This document shows, piece by piece, positions 60,364-64,000 of a DNA stretch of 64,000 nucleotides. Source of the stretch: Carcharhinus amblyrhynchos (taxonomy: Eukaryota); contig OZ336877.1 of assembly GCA_965287045.1 (NCBI GenBank), positions 57,722,001 through 57,786,000 of the forward strand. The letters are read 5' to 3'. How positions within the stretch are numbered: position 1 is the first letter of the stretch; each line of letters starts with the position of its first letter. Under the pieces are notes generated by a model. It worked only from the letters and a program-made list of their open reading frames with translations, searched no databases and was not told the origin of the DNA. The translations under genes and the position numbers were made by a program.

Positions 60364-61959
60364 CTACTGAGAAAATGTTAGCCAATATTTTTGTTAATTA
60401 TACAAATGTAAATGTTTTTCAATCTCATCTAATGAAAAGGCACAATGAAAATTTTAATTGTATATGTTCACTTACTTAAATTTAATTATAGATGTGTATA
60501 AAAGGATGTCAAATTTTTGTGTTTAATATCCTGCAAAAATATAATTGTATTATGTTCTCCTTTTGTCTTATGCCTAGTTACAGATACTCTTTCATCTCCC
60601 CTCTTTAATATCACATGATATAATTACTACCGTGAAGTACATTTCACACACAAGGGAAGACAACAATAGGTCAGTGATCTTTTATTACATTAAAGACAAC
60701 TTTATAGCACATATAAAATAAAATATGATGGGGAATGCATAGAAGGTTATTACTCAAATACAGTTTTTATGTGGCAAAATTAAACTGTGTTGTGCTATAT
60801 AAAATATTATCTGAACACCTTGGTTATATTACAGTTTTGTCACATACACTTAATGTGAAACTGCTTAGGGCAACATCTGACTGTGGTATACATCTGTAAA
60901 TGTGTTTATGCCTGACAAAAGACAACTACAATGTAGGATATCATCTTAAATACTGAGCAGTTCAAATTTACAAAATAGTATCAACAAATTATACTTTAAT
61001 AATATCAGAGATAAGGATTAAAGAATTGTAACGGTTCAAGTTAATATAGCTTCGTAAATTGATAGTTAAAATATTATGTTTATAAATTTACAGTAAGCAC
61101 TTTCATTTTAATTTTATAGTTTAGCCAAGAAGTTCACTGAACAGTAAACCTAATTTGAGTCTATTCAGCATAACAAAGAAAAGTTATTCCAGTTGAATGA
61201 GTGGTCAAGGTTTATCTTGGTATAGTTTGTAAAGGCAAGCACATCATTTTAACAGCACTTTCAACAACTTGTATGCAAACCAAGATCATTCTGTTATCCG
61301 GATCAGAAATGCCCTTTTGAAGAGTCTATATCTAGGTCAGCCTAGGTTAAGTACGAGGCAGGAATCTTCATGCATCTCCATCAGGGGGCGGTTGACATAG
61401 CTTGTACAATCTAGTAGAAACAAATAGCAGGTTTTACAGAATGAAAGGGCTAAATGCATCTTTGATTGTGGGATTTATTGAGCATTCACAAAAAAAAATT
61501 AAAATTAAGTAAACAGTAACTATGCAATGAAAGATTTAGCAACAATAACTATTTCACAGTGTACTTTACTGCCTTTTATGAGTTGTTTTGCTGGCCGTGG
61601 AGATACAAAATATTAGGGAACATTGGTTTTGTATGAATGTTATTGTAGAAAAGCAACTTGCCTGAGCAATGAAAATAAGTTAACTCATGAAAAATAAATA
61701 AACTTTTTATTATTTTTCACAACATGAAATCAGATTTTCCACTGCCATTATTCTCATCAAGTTCCTTGACCTTCTTTATAGCACAGTGAATTACATAGAG
61801 TTGATTAGGAACTATGCCTGGGATTTTGTGCAGCTTTTTGCATTAGGCATAAATGGCAATGAGGATGCAAAACATTGCAAGAGCCCCAAAACAGGATTTA
61901 CGGCGGCAGGATTTCCCAGAACAATTGTCCCCGCCCCACCACCAATGATGACCTGGATA

Positions 61960-62190
61960 GTCATGATGTAAAGATGCCAGCATTGGACTGGGGTAAACAT
62001 TGTAAGAAGTCTCACAACACCAGGTTAAAGTCCAACAGGTTTATTTGATAGTAAACCCACTAGCTTTCAGGTTTGCCCCTTTGTCAGGTGAGTGGAGAGT
62101 TCTGGTCACCAGAACTCTAAAAGCTAGTGGGTTTCCTATCAAATAAACCTGTTGGACTTTAACCTGGTGATGTGATACTTCTTACTGTGT
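61960..62190. mobile_element. Palindromic PLE pLTR derivative with TSD
   Basis: ~70-bp inverted arms; hammerhead-like CTGACAA-aggggcaaacct-GAAAgcta on the minus strand (~62056-62092); 11-bp TSD tgacctggata at 61949-61959 and 62191-62201. Confidence 0.88.
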
Positions 62191-62829
62191 TGACCTGGAT
62201 AATATCAGGGTAATGTTGCACATTAGGTCTCTTCTCTCCTGATCTAGGCTCCTCCTTGGTTATGTGTGCTCCTGAAGTTCAATATCACCAGAGGCAGATG
62301 TATAATTCTCGTAAGGGTCTAGCTGCTGGATCACATGCAGAAATCAGAGATTCACAATGATTCGGTTGAGTGATGGTTGCTCAGAGTATTGTGGGAGACA
62401 TCTTCATTACCAAGGAGAAATTGGCATGACTGTTATGTCCTGTCACTGTGAGGGGGGGACACTAACCAATGTGCTGGTAGCCTTACAGAGAGCAGATGGA
62501 GGAGGCTCTGGAGTGAGTATCCAGCATTGCTGTGGAACATTAACACAGTTGTCCCAGCAGCCGTAGAGGAAGCAATTGAATGAGACCAGGGATCCATAGA
62601 GAGGTTGCAATAAGTGAGATTTATTTCATTTACGTAAGTGGTTGCTATTTGCAGGTGCCTGACACCCAGTGCAACTCGACCGTCTTAGCTGCTGCATTTT
62701 GGTGTGTCCTCAGGATCCACACCAGAGATGGAGATGTCCTTCTCTCTGCCACTCCCTGTTGTCTGTGATGAGCTTGGCACGTGTACTCTGGATGGTGAGA
62801 CCTAGAAGGCCCCAGCCTTGGCCTGATTC

Positions 62830-63870
62830 AGTCACAGGAAGAGGTGAGTTGAATGAGTTGGAGGCTCTCTGAGTCACCTAGGTTGATGTCCTCCAGGCTG
62901 TGCCTCAGTTTCTCTTCTTCCCTTTGGGTTCTGATGGGCCCTTGGCTTCTTCCTTGGAATATAGGGGCAGCTGGAGTGAGGTTGACAAGGTGCCGCCCCC
63001 CCACCCCCCGCCCCCACCACCAGCCTCTGGTATTGGCACTCATGATGCTTACAAGTGCCTGCACCATGGAGTGTACATTCTGCACCACAGAGTTCATATC
63101 TTCTACCAGTGCAGAACAAAACTCTTGCACCAAGGTCGCCACTGCAGCTGCCAGCCTTGAGATGTTGACCTGGCTGCCTCAGAGTGTTGGCACAATCCCT
63201 TCAGACAGAAGGCATTTAGACTTCTCCATTCAATCCAGGCAATGTAGCTGACATCTGTTCCTGATGTTCCTCAAGTTGCCTTTGGAGCTCCAGCTGACCA
63301 AGTCCAAAAACATATCTTCTGACTGGACTTCTGCGGATTCCTGGCTCCAGCAGTCTTCCGAGCATGGCTCCCTGGAGCACCCTGCCTGTGCTTTCTGTGA
63401 ATCATAGAGTGAGGTCCTATAAGTTTGTGATCCCAAGACCTTCTAACAAGTATCACTGAGGTATGTATCTCTACACTGGTGGAGGGTGTGGGTGAAAGCT
63501 GTGATGCCTCTTCAATCTTATCATCTGAGAATTCAACTTTGCTGGTCCCTGGGGTGGACTCCTGTGCCTGGCTGGTGGAGCCACTGCACTCCTTCCCTGA
63601 TCTGCCTGTAAGAATGAGGAGCTGTCATTAGTGCACGGCAGAACTATAAGGATAGAAGAGATAGGACTCACGTAAGTTTGGGGCGCTGGATGATCGCGTT
63701 CTGGGTCCTCAATATATTTTTTGACACCCACCTTTCCCTTGACACAGGAGAGGTCATCTTCCTCCTCGGCGAATTGAAGGTTTCTCTCCTCAAACTGAGA
63801 AAGGACTTTAAACTTGGGCAACCCTCTGCCAATCTGGGATATTTCTATTTTTTTAATGTGCCAGCCTGTC
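62830..63870 (-). pseudogene. Harbinger accessory (Myb/SANT-type) ORF remnant
   Basis: IGRGLPKFKVLSQFEERNLQFAEEEDDLSCVKGKVGV resembles the post-Myb TGGG..LT..EERAL segment, followed by low-complexity and coiled-coil remnants; degenerate. Confidence 0.5.
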
Positions 63871-64000
63871 ATGCATGAAAACAGCTAGAGAGAGTGCATG
63901 CAACCCACATGCCAGGACAATGGTAAAGATGCCTGGCTTGTTTGGCTGGTAAGCTGGAGCAGCAGGGTGATGAGCCACAGGGCATGTGTTTGGGAGAGGG

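Noticed and set aside
1-64000. CRISPR array, operon or prokaryotic defence system
   Set aside because: Eukaryotic intron/TE landscape; recurring sequences are dispersed TE copies, not repeat-spacer arrays.

Overview
Repeat-dense vertebrate genomic DNA, very probably a shark (cartilaginous fish). The repeats are HE1/V-SINE-type and Deu-type SINEs, many CR1 LINEs, Rex1, RTE, Penelope-like elements (PLEs), Gypsy remnants and Harbinger/hAT DNA transposons. The only host gene I recognise is c8orf34 (VEST1-like) on the minus strand: first coding exon 40674-40739 (MASQQSRIQSYLEQNRIGPLFE, then a GTGAGT donor) with a CCAAT/GC-box/X-box promoter at about 40975-41180. I could not find exon 2, so everything below 40674 is probably intron 1. 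Nearly all long ORFs in the track are TE ORFs or their antisense shadows. Best second-look items: (1) a TSD-flanked retroposed element headed by U2 snRNA nt 1-39 that contains two covarying hairpins (7378-7723); (2) at least eight short PLE-derived, often palindromic inserts carrying minimal hammerhead ribozyme motifs, two with fully intact cores; (3) a Harbinger transposase split by three nested retro-insertions, one a young CR1 with a 784-aa open ORF2 fragment; (4) near-identical young CR1 copies, two truncated at almost the same base; (5) a candidate alternative promoter and first exon for c8orf34 at about 28.3-28.8 kb. There is no CRISPR array or prokaryotic system here. Family names come from motif recognition by eye, not database searches, and many TE boundaries are approximate.
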